Source of the DNA: an uncultured bacterium
GTDB lineage: Bacteria > Babelota > Babeliae > Babelales > RVW-14
Direction: 5' to 3'
Length of the DNA: 64,000 nucleotides
NCBI GenBank assembly: GCA_963759805.1
Contig: CAVXAT010000004.1
Coordinates: 1 to 64,000, forward strand
Position numbers and translations under genes: made by a program. The first letter of the stretch is position 1; each line of letters starts with the position of its first letter. The notes under the pieces are model-generated. The model did not search any database. It was not told where the DNA came from and saw only the letters and a list, made by a program, of their open reading frames with translations. Below, piece by piece: positions 1 to 9,053 of this stretch.

Positions 1-814
1 AGAATACCAAACCACCGTGCTGGAATATTGTAATCGGCTCTCCTCCGTTCAAATTCCAAAGTTTTGCAGTACCGTCAGCTGAAGCTGTTAAGATGAACTG
101 GCCATCCGGGGAAAAGACTGCTGATTCTACAAAAGAATAGTGCTGGAATATTGTAATCGGCTCTCCTCCGTTCAAATTCCAAAGTTTTGCAGTATGGTCA
201 GCTGAAGCTGTTAAGATGAACTGGCCATCCGGGGAAAAGACTGCTGATTCTACCAAAGAATCGTGCTGGAATGTTGCAATCGGCTCTCCTCCGTTCAAAT
301 CCCAAAGTTTTGCAGTATCGTCACCTGAAGCAGTTAAGATGAACTGGCCATCCGGGGAAAAGACTGCTGATTCTACCCCAAAATCGTGATGGAATGTTGC
401 AATCGGCCCTCTGTTCAAATTCCAAAGATTTGCAGTGTTATATGAAGCAGTTAAAATGAACTGGCCATCGGGGGAAAAGACTGCTGAGGATACTGCATTA
501 TTATGTTGGGATATTTGTTTTATTTTTGGATAACCATCAACTTTAGGAAAGAAAAGAGTAGAATTTTTTGTTATTAAGGCTTTAGAAATTTCGTATGCAA
601 TTTCTTGGGGTAGGGCTTTTTCACCTCTGGCTAATTCAATAAGTTGTTCTGGGGTGTAATTTAAAATATGTTTACTGTAATCATAGAGACATAGCTCATA
701 TAATGTTGGAAAATTACGCACAATTGTTTCTTTTGGCGCCATTGCACAAAAAACATATGATGGTACCTGAAAAAACAGCGTCGCCAAAGGTATTAAAAAT
801 AAACTCTTTTTCAT
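1..814 (-). CDS. Secreted WD40-repeat protein, paralog 3 (3' end runs off the window)
   Basis: Not in the ORF track; translated by hand from ATG at 814 (AGGAGGT RBS upstream): MKKSLFLIPLATLFFQ...HILNYTPEQLIELARGEKALPQEIAY...DGYPKIKQ, then 123-bp repeats HxxxVxSAVFSPDGQFILTASxDxTAKLWNLNGGEPI. Confidence 0.9.
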   Translation of the reverse strand, partial: MKKSLFLIPLATLFFQVPSYVFCAMAPKETIVRNFPTLYELCLYDYSKHILNYTPEQLIELARGEKALPQEIAYEISKALITKNSTLFFPKVDGYPKIKQISQHNNAVSSAVFSPDGQFILTASYNTANLWNLNRGPIATFHHDFGVESAVFSPDGQFILTASGDDTAKLWDLNGGEPIATFQHDSLVESAVFSPDGQFILTASADHTAKLWNLNGGEPITIFQHYSFVESAVFSPDGQFILTASADGTAKLWNLNGGEPITIFQHGGLVF

Positions 815-1036
815 GATATAACCTCCTAAATATAAACTCACATTTGCAATAAAAAACTTTATTTAATTCTTATTATTTTCAATTTTAACAATAAAAAACA
901 GGTTGTGCAACCGCTCCCTCAAAAAATCAAAAAAATAGATTAAAAATAGATTAAGATTTCAGGCTGAAACAGATTGGGTGATATTTGAATTGGGTACGTT
1001 TCTATGTGAAACTTTAACGCTAAATTTTTTGTTGTT

Positions 1037-1141
1037 CTAAGCAGCCAACTTCAACACCAGATCTTTAAACACCTGACCACCTGGGCGAGAACAGAACCTG
1101 GTTGCCAGGCTGCATTTTTTGGTCATAAGATGTTTTTTCAT
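1037..1141 (-). pseudogene. Relic 5' end of another WD40 paralog (MKKHLM..., 34 codons)
   Basis: Leader and start gaaagactaacATGAAAAAACATCTTATG closely match gaaggactaacATGAAAAAACATATAATG of the 1176..2657 gene; sequence then diverges and stops. Confidence 0.55.
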
Positions 1142-1175
1142 GTTAGTCTTTCACGTTCGTAATGCATCTTTTCTT

Positions 1176-2657
1176 TTAAGCATTCAAAAACCATTCAAAA
1201 AAATTTTGAATATGTCTTTGTTCCTCAGGTATATCTGCAGGTCCATCGATTTGATTAAGAACTTCGTAAATAATGGCCGAGACCTTCGGATTTGACTCAA
1301 CAAAGCCTTTGTGCTTCAAAATAAGTAAAATTGTAGCAAGCTCTTGCAAAGAAAGTTGGCCGTTGCGATATTTTGCGGAATTCCAAAGCGGATGAATTTC
1401 CCATAGTATTGCTGATTTACCTGAAACAGTTAAAACATTCAAGCTATTCGGGGAAAAGACTGCTGAGTTTACCTCTCTATCATGATGGAATGTTGCAATA
1501 AGCTCTCCGTTTAAATTCCAAAGTTTTGCAGTGTTGTCAATTGAAGCAGTTAAGATAGATTGGCCATCCGGGGAAAAGACTGCTGAATATATAACACCAC
1601 TGTGGTTGAATGTTGCAATCGGCTCTCCTTTCAAATTCCAAAGTTTTGCATTATAGTCAGCTGAAGCAGTTAAGATGGATTGGCCATCCGGAGAAAATAC
1701 TGCCGAGTTTACTGGATAATCGTGATGGAATGTTACAATCGGCTCTCCGTTCAAATTCCAAAGTTTTGCAGTACCGTCATTTGCAGTACCGTCATATGAA
1801 GCAGTTAAAGGGTTGTCAACCGGAACAGTTAAGATGAATTGGCCATCAGGGGAAAAGACTGCTGATTTTACCAAATCACCATGCTGGAATATTGTAATCA
1901 GTTTTCCGTTCAAATTCCAAAGTTTTGCGGTATGTTCAAACGAAACAGTTAAGACGGATTGGCCATCCGGGGAAAAGACTGCTGATTTTACCAAATCACC
2001 GTGCTGGAATATTGTAATCAGTTTTCCGTTCAAATTCCAAAGTTTTGCGGTATGTTCAAACGAAACAGTTAAGATGAATAGACCATCGGGGGAAAAGACT
2101 GCTGGTTTTACGCAACCACCGTGCTGGAATGTTGCAATAGGCTCTCCTCCGTCGTTCAAAGTCCAAAGTTTTGCAGTGTAGTCACCTGAAGCAGTTAAGA
2201 TGGATTGGCCATCAGGGGAAAAGACTGCTAAGTATACCCAATCACCGTGATGGAATGTTGCAATCGGCTTTCCTCCGTTCAAATTCCAAAGTTTTGCAGT
2301 ATGGTCACCTGAAGCAGTTAAAATGGATTGGCCATCAGGGGAAAAGACTGCTGACTGTACCCAATCATCATGTTGGAATACTTGTTTTATTCTTGGATAA
2401 CCATCAATCTCAGGAAAAAAAAGAGTAGGTTTATCTGATATTAAAGTTTTAGAAATTACATAGGCAATATCTTGCGGTAGCGCCCTTTCTCCTCTGACTA
2501 ATTCAAGAAGTTGTTCTGGCTGGTAATTTAAAATACGCTCACGGACATTTTTTAAAGATATTTCGGCCAGGGGCATGACTCCATTTACGTTTTTTAAAAA
2601 AGTACTCAGGAGTAGGGCAATCACAAATAAATTTTTGAGCATTATATGTTTTTTCAT
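1176..2657 (-). CDS. Secreted WD40-repeat protein (about 8 repeats), paralog 2
   Basis: Signal-like N-terminus; repeats SAVFSPDGQSILTASxDxTAKLWNLNG; C-terminal NGQLSLQELATILLILKHK shared with paralog 1. Confidence 0.93.
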   Translation of the reverse strand: MKKHIMLKNLFVIALLLSTFLKNVNGVMPLAEISLKNVRERILNYQPEQLLELVRGERALPQDIAYVISKTLISDKPTLFFPEIDGYPRIKQVFQHDDWVQSAVFSPDGQSILTASGDHTAKLWNLNGGKPIATFHHGDWVYLAVFSPDGQSILTASGDYTAKLWTLNDGGEPIATFQHGGCVKPAVFSPDGLFILTVSFEHTAKLWNLNGKLITIFQHGDLVKSAVFSPDGQSVLTVSFEHTAKLWNLNGKLITIFQHGDLVKSAVFSPDGQFILTVPVDNPLTASYDGTANDGTAKLWNLNGEPIVTFHHDYPVNSAVFSPDGQSILTASADYNAKLWNLKGEPIATFNHSGVIYSAVFSPDGQSILTASIDNTAKLWNLNGELIATFHHDREVNSAVFSPNSLNVLTVSGKSAILWEIHPLWNSAKYRNGQLSLQELATILLILKHKGFVESNPKVSAIIYEVLNQIDGPADIPEEQRHIQNFFEWFLNA

Positions 2658-2672
2658 GTTAGTCCTTCGTGT

Positions 2673-3869
2673 TTAAGAATTTAAAAAACCTTCAAAAAAG
2701 TTTTTGATATGCCTTTGTTCGTCAGGCACATTCCCATCGATTTGATTAAGAATGTCATGAATAATGGCCTGGATATTCGGATCTGAATTAACAAATTCTT
2801 TGTGTTTCAAAATAAGTAAAATTGTAGCAAGCTCTTGCAAAGAAAGTTGACCGTTGCGGTATTTTGTGGAATTCCAAAGTGTACCAACTCCCCAAAGTAT
2901 TACCTCCCTTAAGTCTACATCACTGTGTTTATATGAAGTAGCTACGATGAATTGACCATCTGTGGAAAAAACTGCTACGTCTACATCACTATCGTGTTGT
3001 AATGTTGTAATCAGTTCTCCATTCAAATTCCAAAGTTTAACCTCAAAATCTGAAATAGTTAAGATGCGTTTGCCATTCGGGGAAAAGATTGCTGATTTTA
3101 CCGAATAACCGTGATGGAATGTTACAATCGGTTCTCTATTCAAATTATTCAAATTCCAAAGGCATGCAGTGCCATCCCCTGAAGCTGTTAAGATGAATTG
3201 GCTATTATGAGAAAATACTGCTGAGTTTATAGCATCGCCGTGGGTGAATGTTGCAATAAGCTGCCCATTCAAATTCCAAAGTTTTGCAGTGTTGTCATCT
3301 GAGGCTGTTAAAATGGATAGGCTATCTGGGGAAAAGATTGCTGAGTTTACCCGCGCATCATGTTGTAACGTAATAGTTTGCCCTTTCCAATGCTTAAGTT
3401 CCGCAGTATCGCCATTATATATAGTAATTAATACGAATTCGCCATCTGGGGTTGCTGAATTTATCTGCTGATGGAATGTTGTAATCAGTTTTCCTTTCAA
3501 AGTCCAAAGTTCTGCGGTGGGGGCCAGGAACTCCATGAAGATGAATTGGTCATTCGGGGCCGCTGAATGTAGCCACCGATTATCTTGGAACTTCGCTATG
3601 ATTTTGGGATAACCATCGATGTTGGGAAAGAAAATATCAGGGTTATCTGTTATCAAGGCTCTAGAAAGTTTATATTCACAGTCTAGTGAGTAGACCGCAT
3701 CTTCACTTGCTAATTGTAAAAGCGCTTCCGGAGAATAATCGAGAATATGTTCATAGACATTCTTTAAAGATATTTCAGCCAATGGTATGGCTCCACTTAC
3801 GTTTTTGAAAAATGTGATTATAAGTAGAGCAATAACAAAGATGTTTTTGAAAATAATATGTCTTTTCAT
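2673..3869 (-). CDS. Secreted WD40-repeat protein, paralog 1 (more degenerate repeats)
   Basis: Same N- and C-terminal domains as 1176..2657; SAIFSPD..ILTASDDNTAKLWNLNG repeats. Confidence 0.92.
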   Translation of the reverse strand: MKRHIIFKNIFVIALLIITFFKNVSGAIPLAEISLKNVYEHILDYSPEALLQLASEDAVYSLDCEYKLSRALITDNPDIFFPNIDGYPKIIAKFQDNRWLHSAAPNDQFIFMEFLAPTAELWTLKGKLITTFHQQINSATPDGEFVLITIYNGDTAELKHWKGQTITLQHDARVNSAIFSPDSLSILTASDDNTAKLWNLNGQLIATFTHGDAINSAVFSHNSQFILTASGDGTACLWNLNNLNREPIVTFHHGYSVKSAIFSPNGKRILTISDFEVKLWNLNGELITTLQHDSDVDVAVFSTDGQFIVATSYKHSDVDLREVILWGVGTLWNSTKYRNGQLSLQELATILLILKHKEFVNSDPNIQAIIHDILNQIDGNVPDEQRHIKNFFEGFLNS

Positions 3870-3912
3870 GTTAGTCCTTCGTGTTTAAGAGTTTAAAAAA
3901 GATACAAAATTT

Positions 3913-5379
3913 TTATTTTAAAAGCTTTGTAAATATATCATTCAAGAGCTTTGGATTGGCTTTGCCTTGTGTTTCTTTCATGGCCTGACCAACAAAGAAT
4001 CCGAAAAGTCTTAGATTGCCGGCTTTGTATTTTGCAACTTCATCAGGATTGCTATCTACTATCTTCTTGGCGATTGTTTCCAGTAAATCAGTAGAATCAA
4101 CTTGCCCTAAGTTCTTTTCTTTTATTATCTCTTTGGCTGTTTTTCCGGATGTTATCATTTCGCTGAATATATCTTGAGCGACTTTGCTGTTGATATTGCC
4201 GGCTTCGATTTCATTAACAAGCCCGGCCAAATTTTCAGGTGTCATTTTGGTGTTATTTATGTCGACTTTATGTTCGTTCAGATAAGCCAGTAAATTACGC
4301 AAAATCCAGTTACAGGCTGATTTTGGATTTTTACAAGTTGATTTGCATGTTTGTTCAAAAAAGTTGGCGAATGGAATGGATTCGATCAAGATTAACGCGT
4401 CGTCATAGGGTAGGCCATAGGTTTTTTGGAATCTTAGCAGTTTTTCGCCTGGAAGTTCGGGAATAGTTTTTTTGATAGCATCGATCCAGTTTTGATCGAT
4501 TTCGATAACCGGTAGATCCGGTTCAGGAAAATATCGGTAATCATCGGCGCCTTCTTTGCGGCGCATCATAACGGTCTTTTGATTTTTGCGGTCCCAAAGT
4601 CTTGTCTCCGGATAAATCTTTTCACCGGATTCTAGTGCTTCAATTTGGCGTTTTGTTTCATACTCAATTGCCTGAGTAATAAATTTAAATGAGTTGATGT
4701 TTTTCAGCTCAATTCTTTGCCCAAGCTGTTCTGAAGTTTTTTTCTTTACCGATATATTAACGTCCGCTCTGAATGAACCTTCTTCCATGTTGGCATCACT
4801 TATCCCAAGATACTGGACAATGGTGTGCAGACGCATCAGATAGGCTTTGGCTTCGTATGCGCTCTGCATATCAGGTTGGCTTACAATTTCAACAAGTGGA
4901 GTGCCAGCACGGTTCAAATCAACAAGGCTGAAGCCCAGTGATGTATGAATATTTTTACCGGCGTCCTCTTCCATATGAATTCTGATTAATCTAATTTTTT
5001 TCTCAGAGCCGTCTTCAAGTTCGATTGAAATATAGCCGTCTTGGCAGATTGGATTTGCATCCTGAGTTGTCTGATAGTTTTTGGGCAAATCGGGATAATA
5101 ATAATGCTTGCGCGCAAAGTCTGTCAAGGGAGTGATTTTGCAATTTGTTGCAAGTCCAAGCATTATTGCATTGTCCACAACCTTTTTGTTCATTACCGGC
5201 AGTACCCCCGGATGGCCGGTGCAGATTGGACATATGTTTTTGTTTGGTTCTTGCCCAAACTCATTTTGGCAGCTACAAAAGACTTTTGATTTTGTTTTTA
5301 ACTGTAAATGAACTTCAATTCCGATTGTGGCCTGATAATCTGCAGAATTAACCACAGCATTTTTTATCTGCTCTGACAT
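3913..5379 (-). CDS. gatB: Asp-tRNA(Asn)/Glu-tRNA(Gln) amidotransferase subunit B
   Basis: IGIEVHLQL, RKHYYYPDLPKNYQ, HMEEDAGK, DLNRAGTPLVEIV, YRYFPEPDLP. Confidence 0.98.
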   Translation of the reverse strand: MSEQIKNAVVNSADYQATIGIEVHLQLKTKSKVFCSCQNEFGQEPNKNICPICTGHPGVLPVMNKKVVDNAIMLGLATNCKITPLTDFARKHYYYPDLPKNYQTTQDANPICQDGYISIELEDGSEKKIRLIRIHMEEDAGKNIHTSLGFSLVDLNRAGTPLVEIVSQPDMQSAYEAKAYLMRLHTIVQYLGISDANMEEGSFRADVNISVKKKTSEQLGQRIELKNINSFKFITQAIEYETKRQIEALESGEKIYPETRLWDRKNQKTVMMRRKEGADDYRYFPEPDLPVIEIDQNWIDAIKKTIPELPGEKLLRFQKTYGLPYDDALILIESIPFANFFEQTCKSTCKNPKSACNWILRNLLAYLNEHKVDINNTKMTPENLAGLVNEIEAGNINSKVAQDIFSEMITSGKTAKEIIKEKNLGQVDSTDLLETIAKKIVDSNPDEVAKYKAGNLRLFGFFVGQAMKETQGKANPKLLNDIFTKLLK

Positions 5380-5412
5380 GGAATCACCTTACTTTTTGTA
5401 GACCTGTCGGCC

Positions 5413-5463
5413 ATGGTTCGACAGGCTCACCATGAGCGCTCATCCTGAGCTTGTCGAAGGACG
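5413..5463. repeat. Palindromic element family A (REP/RPE-like), compact copy
   Basis: Arms ttcgacaggctcaccatgagc / gctcatcctgagcttgtcgaa; related copies at 16121, 23732 and 25816. Confidence 0.85.
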
Positions 5464-5481
5464 GCTGAAACTTGATTCAGG

Positions 5482-5511
5482 CCTGCCCGCCATAGCTTTA
5501 GCGACGGCTGG
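5482..5511. repeat. Palindromic element family B
   Basis: cctgcccgccatagctttagcgacggctgg; 22/30 identical to the reverse complement of 23751-23780. Confidence 0.7.
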
Positions 5512-5521
5512 GATCTATTTT

Positions 5522-7051
5522 TTAAGAATTCTTTCGAACGCTGAACTGGTCGTCATCATACTGTTCAAAACTTTCAAGTGTAATTTTGCAACCAAGTTCT
5601 TTTTCTTGTGCTAGAATAGCATTATATTCATTTTGAACAAGATAATCAAAAACTTTATTGGATACGTCCAAAACGATGTTTCCGGACATGTTTTTTCTGA
5701 TAAATTCTTCTTTAAATTCGCGTAAAAGCTTAAAACTCACTGTTTGTACTGATTTTGCATAACCTTTGCCCAAGCAGCAGGGACATACATTTGTGAGCTG
5801 GTTGACCAGGGTTTTTCCTGAACGCTTACGTGTCATCTGGACAAGCCCAAATTCAGAGATCTTTAATGCAACTGACTGAAACTTATCCTTTTCTTTGAGA
5901 GTCTTTTCCAAAAATCTTGAGAGTTTTTGGCGGTTGTGCATTGTTGCCATATCAATGAAGTCTATTACAATTAATCCGCCAATATTGCGTAAGCGAAGTT
6001 GAGTTACAATCTCTTCTGCCGCTTCAAGATTTGTTTTTAAAATTGTCTCTTCTTGATTGTCAGAGCCAGTGAACTTGCCTGTATTCACGTCAATTACAGT
6101 CATCGCCTCGGTTGATTCAATAATCACTGAGCCGCCGGATCGTAACAAAACCTTTTTGTCCAAAGCCTTTTCAATCTGTTTATCAATTTCAAAACGGTCA
6201 AAGAGCGATGGAGGGCCTTGATAGAAACGAATTTTGTTTAGATTATCAGGTGAGATATATTTAACATATTTATATATCGCACTTTGATTCTCTTTTGAAT
6301 CGGTTATTACCATCTCAACATCTTCATCAAGATGTTCACGTACGACGCGTAATGAAAGGGGAAGATCTTCGTAAAGTTTTTCGCCCGGAACTGCCTTTTT
6401 GAATTTTTTCTGGATTGAATGCCAGGTCGAAATAAGAAAAGCTACGTCTTTTTTTAAATCTTTATCTGATCGGCCCTCTGCCGTTGTGCGTACGATTACT
6501 CCCATGCCTGCCGGAAGGCTCTTTTGCATTATTTCACGCAGTCTGGAACGCTCTTCGCGATTATCAATTTTTTTTGAAACACCAATTTGTGGAATATTTG
6601 GCATTAAAACTAAGAATCGTCCGGGTAGGGTAAAACAGGTTGTTAATTTTGCCCCTTTTTCGTGAATAGGCTCCTTGATTACCTGAACAAGAATCTCTTC
6701 ACCTTCATTGAATATTTTATCAATACTGATTGAACTTTTTAACTCAAAATGAGTGATCTCTTCACGATCTTCTTCTTGAATCGAATCCAAAACTTTTTCT
6801 GTTGCCAGTGCCCGGTCAACTTCACTTATGTGTAAAAAACCGGCCTTGGTTTGATTAATGTCTACAAATGCCGTTTGAATTCCGGGGAGAACTTTGCAAA
6901 CTTTGCCTTTGAAAAAACAACGCTCCAGCTCTTCTTTAGTTTGTGTGTCAAAATACATGTCTTGCAAGCGGTTGTCCCTCAAGACAGCGGCTCTTGTTTG
7001 CCAAATTTCATTGTTAATAAGTATTTTTTTCACAAGGATTGCCTTTACCAT
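5522..7051 (-). CDS. rng: Ribonuclease E/G family (RNase G-sized)
   Basis: S1 domain VLPGIQTAFVDI...GFLH; TEAMTVIDVNTG; LRLRNIGGLIVIDFIDM; CPCCLGKG zinc link. Confidence 0.95.
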   Translation of the reverse strand: MVKAILVKKILINNEIWQTRAAVLRDNRLQDMYFDTQTKEELERCFFKGKVCKVLPGIQTAFVDINQTKAGFLHISEVDRALATEKVLDSIQEEDREEITHFELKSSISIDKIFNEGEEILVQVIKEPIHEKGAKLTTCFTLPGRFLVLMPNIPQIGVSKKIDNREERSRLREIMQKSLPAGMGVIVRTTAEGRSDKDLKKDVAFLISTWHSIQKKFKKAVPGEKLYEDLPLSLRVVREHLDEDVEMVITDSKENQSAIYKYVKYISPDNLNKIRFYQGPPSLFDRFEIDKQIEKALDKKVLLRSGGSVIIESTEAMTVIDVNTGKFTGSDNQEETILKTNLEAAEEIVTQLRLRNIGGLIVIDFIDMATMHNRQKLSRFLEKTLKEKDKFQSVALKISEFGLVQMTRKRSGKTLVNQLTNVCPCCLGKGYAKSVQTVSFKLLREFKEEFIRKNMSGNIVLDVSNKVFDYLVQNEYNAILAQEKELGCKITLESFEQYDDDQFSVRKNS

Positions 7052-7238
7052 AAAAATTTGTGTTACTTGTTGGATTTTTTATATTATTTAGTATTATTAT
7101 AAACAATCCGAAAAATAATGAGTAGGAAATTTAAATAAAATGTGCTAAAGTGTATTAACAAAAGCGAAAGAGTAATTGTTTTTGTGTAGTTGAAAGCAAA
7201 TAATTCAGATTATTAATTTATTACCAGGAGGCAGGGTT

Positions 7239-7916
7239 ATGAAAAAGTTGTCTTTGATGGCGTTAGCTCTAGTTATTCTTGTTTCAGGTTGTGGAAAAAA
7301 GAAAGAGGCGCCAAAGGGGAAAGAGTTGGTAGATAATACTGATATCCCAGTGATGTCAGAGGAGAATGAGAGGTTTGTTGATAATAATGGGGTTGCGGAT
7401 TTTGCATTTGTGGATGATGAGACTGCAGCGGATAAAACTGATGCGGATAAATTAGCAGAAGCTGCACCGGTTGCAACATCACAGCCTGAATTTGCTTGGG
7501 TTGACAATGAGAACCCAGAGGAAGAGGCAAAGCCTGAAACAGACGAAGTTGAGACTAAGGCATTTGAATTTAAGACAGTTAACTTTACATTGAACAAGAA
7601 TGATATCAGAAAAGATCAAGTTGAAAAAATTGAACAAGACAGCGAAGTTGCAAAGGCTGCTGTAGAAAAAGGAAAGAAACTAGTTGTTCAAGGGCACTGC
7701 TGCCAACTTGGTTGTTACAGCTACAACATGGCACTTTCACAAAGACGTGCTGATGCAATCAAAAAAGAGCTTGTAAAGCGCGGTGTTGATGAAAGCGTGA
7801 TCAAGACAGTTGGTTATGGAAGCGAAATGCCACTTGTCTGGTCAGACAAAACAGATCGCAAGTCTTTGATTGATGAGCTTGCAGTTAACAGAAGAGCAGA
7901 AGTAGTTGTTAACTAA
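7239..7916 (+). CDS. OmpA/Pal-family peptidoglycan-associated lipoprotein
   Basis: Lipobox LVSGC; OmpA_C-like VQGH..LG.YSYNMALSQRRA...VGYGSEMP...NRRAE. Confidence 0.9.
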   Translation: MKKLSLMALALVILVSGCGKKKEAPKGKELVDNTDIPVMSEENERFVDNNGVADFAFVDDETAADKTDADKLAEAAPVATSQPEFAWVDNENPEEEAKPETDEVETKAFEFKTVNFTLNKNDIRKDQVEKIEQDSEVAKAAVEKGKKLVVQGHCCQLGCYSYNMALSQRRADAIKKELVKRGVDESVIKTVGYGSEMPLVWSDKTDRKSLIDELAVNRRAEVVVN

Positions 7917-8939
7917 CCTGAGTTCGACGTTATAAAAAGTTAAGCATGGGCTGGTAAATTAAGCATAAACTTGCTTCGAAGTGATGGCTTTTTTGGCAAG
8001 AAACAATATGCAACAAGTCCGGCAATAAGATTGACAACAAAGTTTGTTGGGCTGCGATGTCGAGAGTGCTCTATTTGACAGGTTTCTTTGAGTATACAGT
8101 TGACTGATTCTATGATTCCACGCTTACTAAGGCCAAGTCTATCTTCCATTTCCATGATTTGAATTTTCATTTTTTTCTTCAATTTTGTAATGAGTTTTAT
8201 GCCTTTTGCAAAAAGCGCGTCAAAGAGCTTCTTTGAAATATATCCTCGATCTCCCCAAAGCTTTCCGAAGCACTTTCGGGCAAGGTTGGTTACTACAGAT
8301 GCGTTGTTGTCGGCAACATTACCAGGTGTGAGCATGAAAGATACTATCTCTCCGCACTCATTGATAATCAGATGAAGTTTAAATCCATAAAACCATCCAG
8401 TAGACGTTTTTCCGCGTGCAGCAATTCCAGAAAACACCTTGTTTCTGTTGATTCGCAAATTATGACATACCTGAAGCTTTGTTGAATCGATAAATCCAAA
8501 GCCTGTACATTTGTTTTTACAACACAAATTCATAAAAATTGTTAACGGCACAAGAGCCTGCGGAACCAGCTCTATAAAGCGATTATAGCTGACGATCCCG
8601 TCGAATGCGCCCTTCAAATCGCCACATTCTTTATAATATTTTTTAAAAGTACGATATCCAGAGTGATGAAAATAAATGAGTATCGTCAGAATGTCACTGA
8701 GAGACATTCTTTTCTGTTCTCTTTTTACCAATGCCGATAAATCTGCAGAAATTGAATGTGCATCTAGATGTGTTTTAAAATCTTTACAAAAATTGTCTAC
8801 GTCATAAAAAATTTGAGTTAAAATCATTTTACTTCCCTTTTTGAAATCCTTTTTTAGATTGGTTTTAACATTCTAAATCTATAGAGGATTTGCTTTAAGG
8901 GAAGTCCTTTTCAAAGAATTTTAATTGTCGAACTCAGGT
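7916..8939 (-). mobile_element. IS982-family insertion sequence
   Basis: 13-bp perfect terminal inverted repeats ACCTGAGTTCGAC (7916-7928 and 8927-8939); 6-bp direct repeat TAACTA (7910-7915 and 8940-8945). Confidence 0.93.
7940..8827 (-). CDS. IS982-family DDE transposase
   Basis: FIDSTKLQVC, GWFYGFKLHL, LWGDRGYISK, KRGIIESV, IEHSRHRS. Confidence 0.95.
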   Translation of the reverse strand: MILTQIFYDVDNFCKDFKTHLDAHSISADLSALVKREQKRMSLSDILTILIYFHHSGYRTFKKYYKECGDLKGAFDGIVSYNRFIELVPQALVPLTIFMNLCCKNKCTGFGFIDSTKLQVCHNLRINRNKVFSGIAARGKTSTGWFYGFKLHLIINECGEIVSFMLTPGNVADNNASVVTNLARKCFGKLWGDRGYISKKLFDALFAKGIKLITKLKKKMKIQIMEMEDRLGLSKRGIIESVNCILKETCQIEHSRHRSPTNFVVNLIAGLVAYCFLPKKPSLRSKFMLNLPAHA

Positions 8940-8996
8940 TAACTAAATTTAAGTTAATAAATTTCTGATCTGATCTAAGATCAGTAAAAATTAAAG

Positions 8997-9020
8997 AGGG
9001 CCCGGTTTACCGGGCCCTTT
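8997..9020. terminator. Intrinsic terminator, probably bidirectional
   Basis: agggcccggt-tt-accgggccct followed by tt, between convergent genes. Confidence 0.8.
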
Positions 9021-9053
9021 GCTATGCGCATCTACATATTTATCAAATCTTTG

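Noticed and set aside
1..3869. Diversity-generating retroelement or CRISPR array as the source of the repeats
   Set aside because: The repeats are in-frame WD40 coding units; changes are not adenine-specific; no reverse transcriptase, template repeat or cas gene is in the window
5432..5614. 60-aa ORF MSAHPELVEG...
   Set aside because: Translation of palindromic repeats A and B plus antisense rng; not a credible gene
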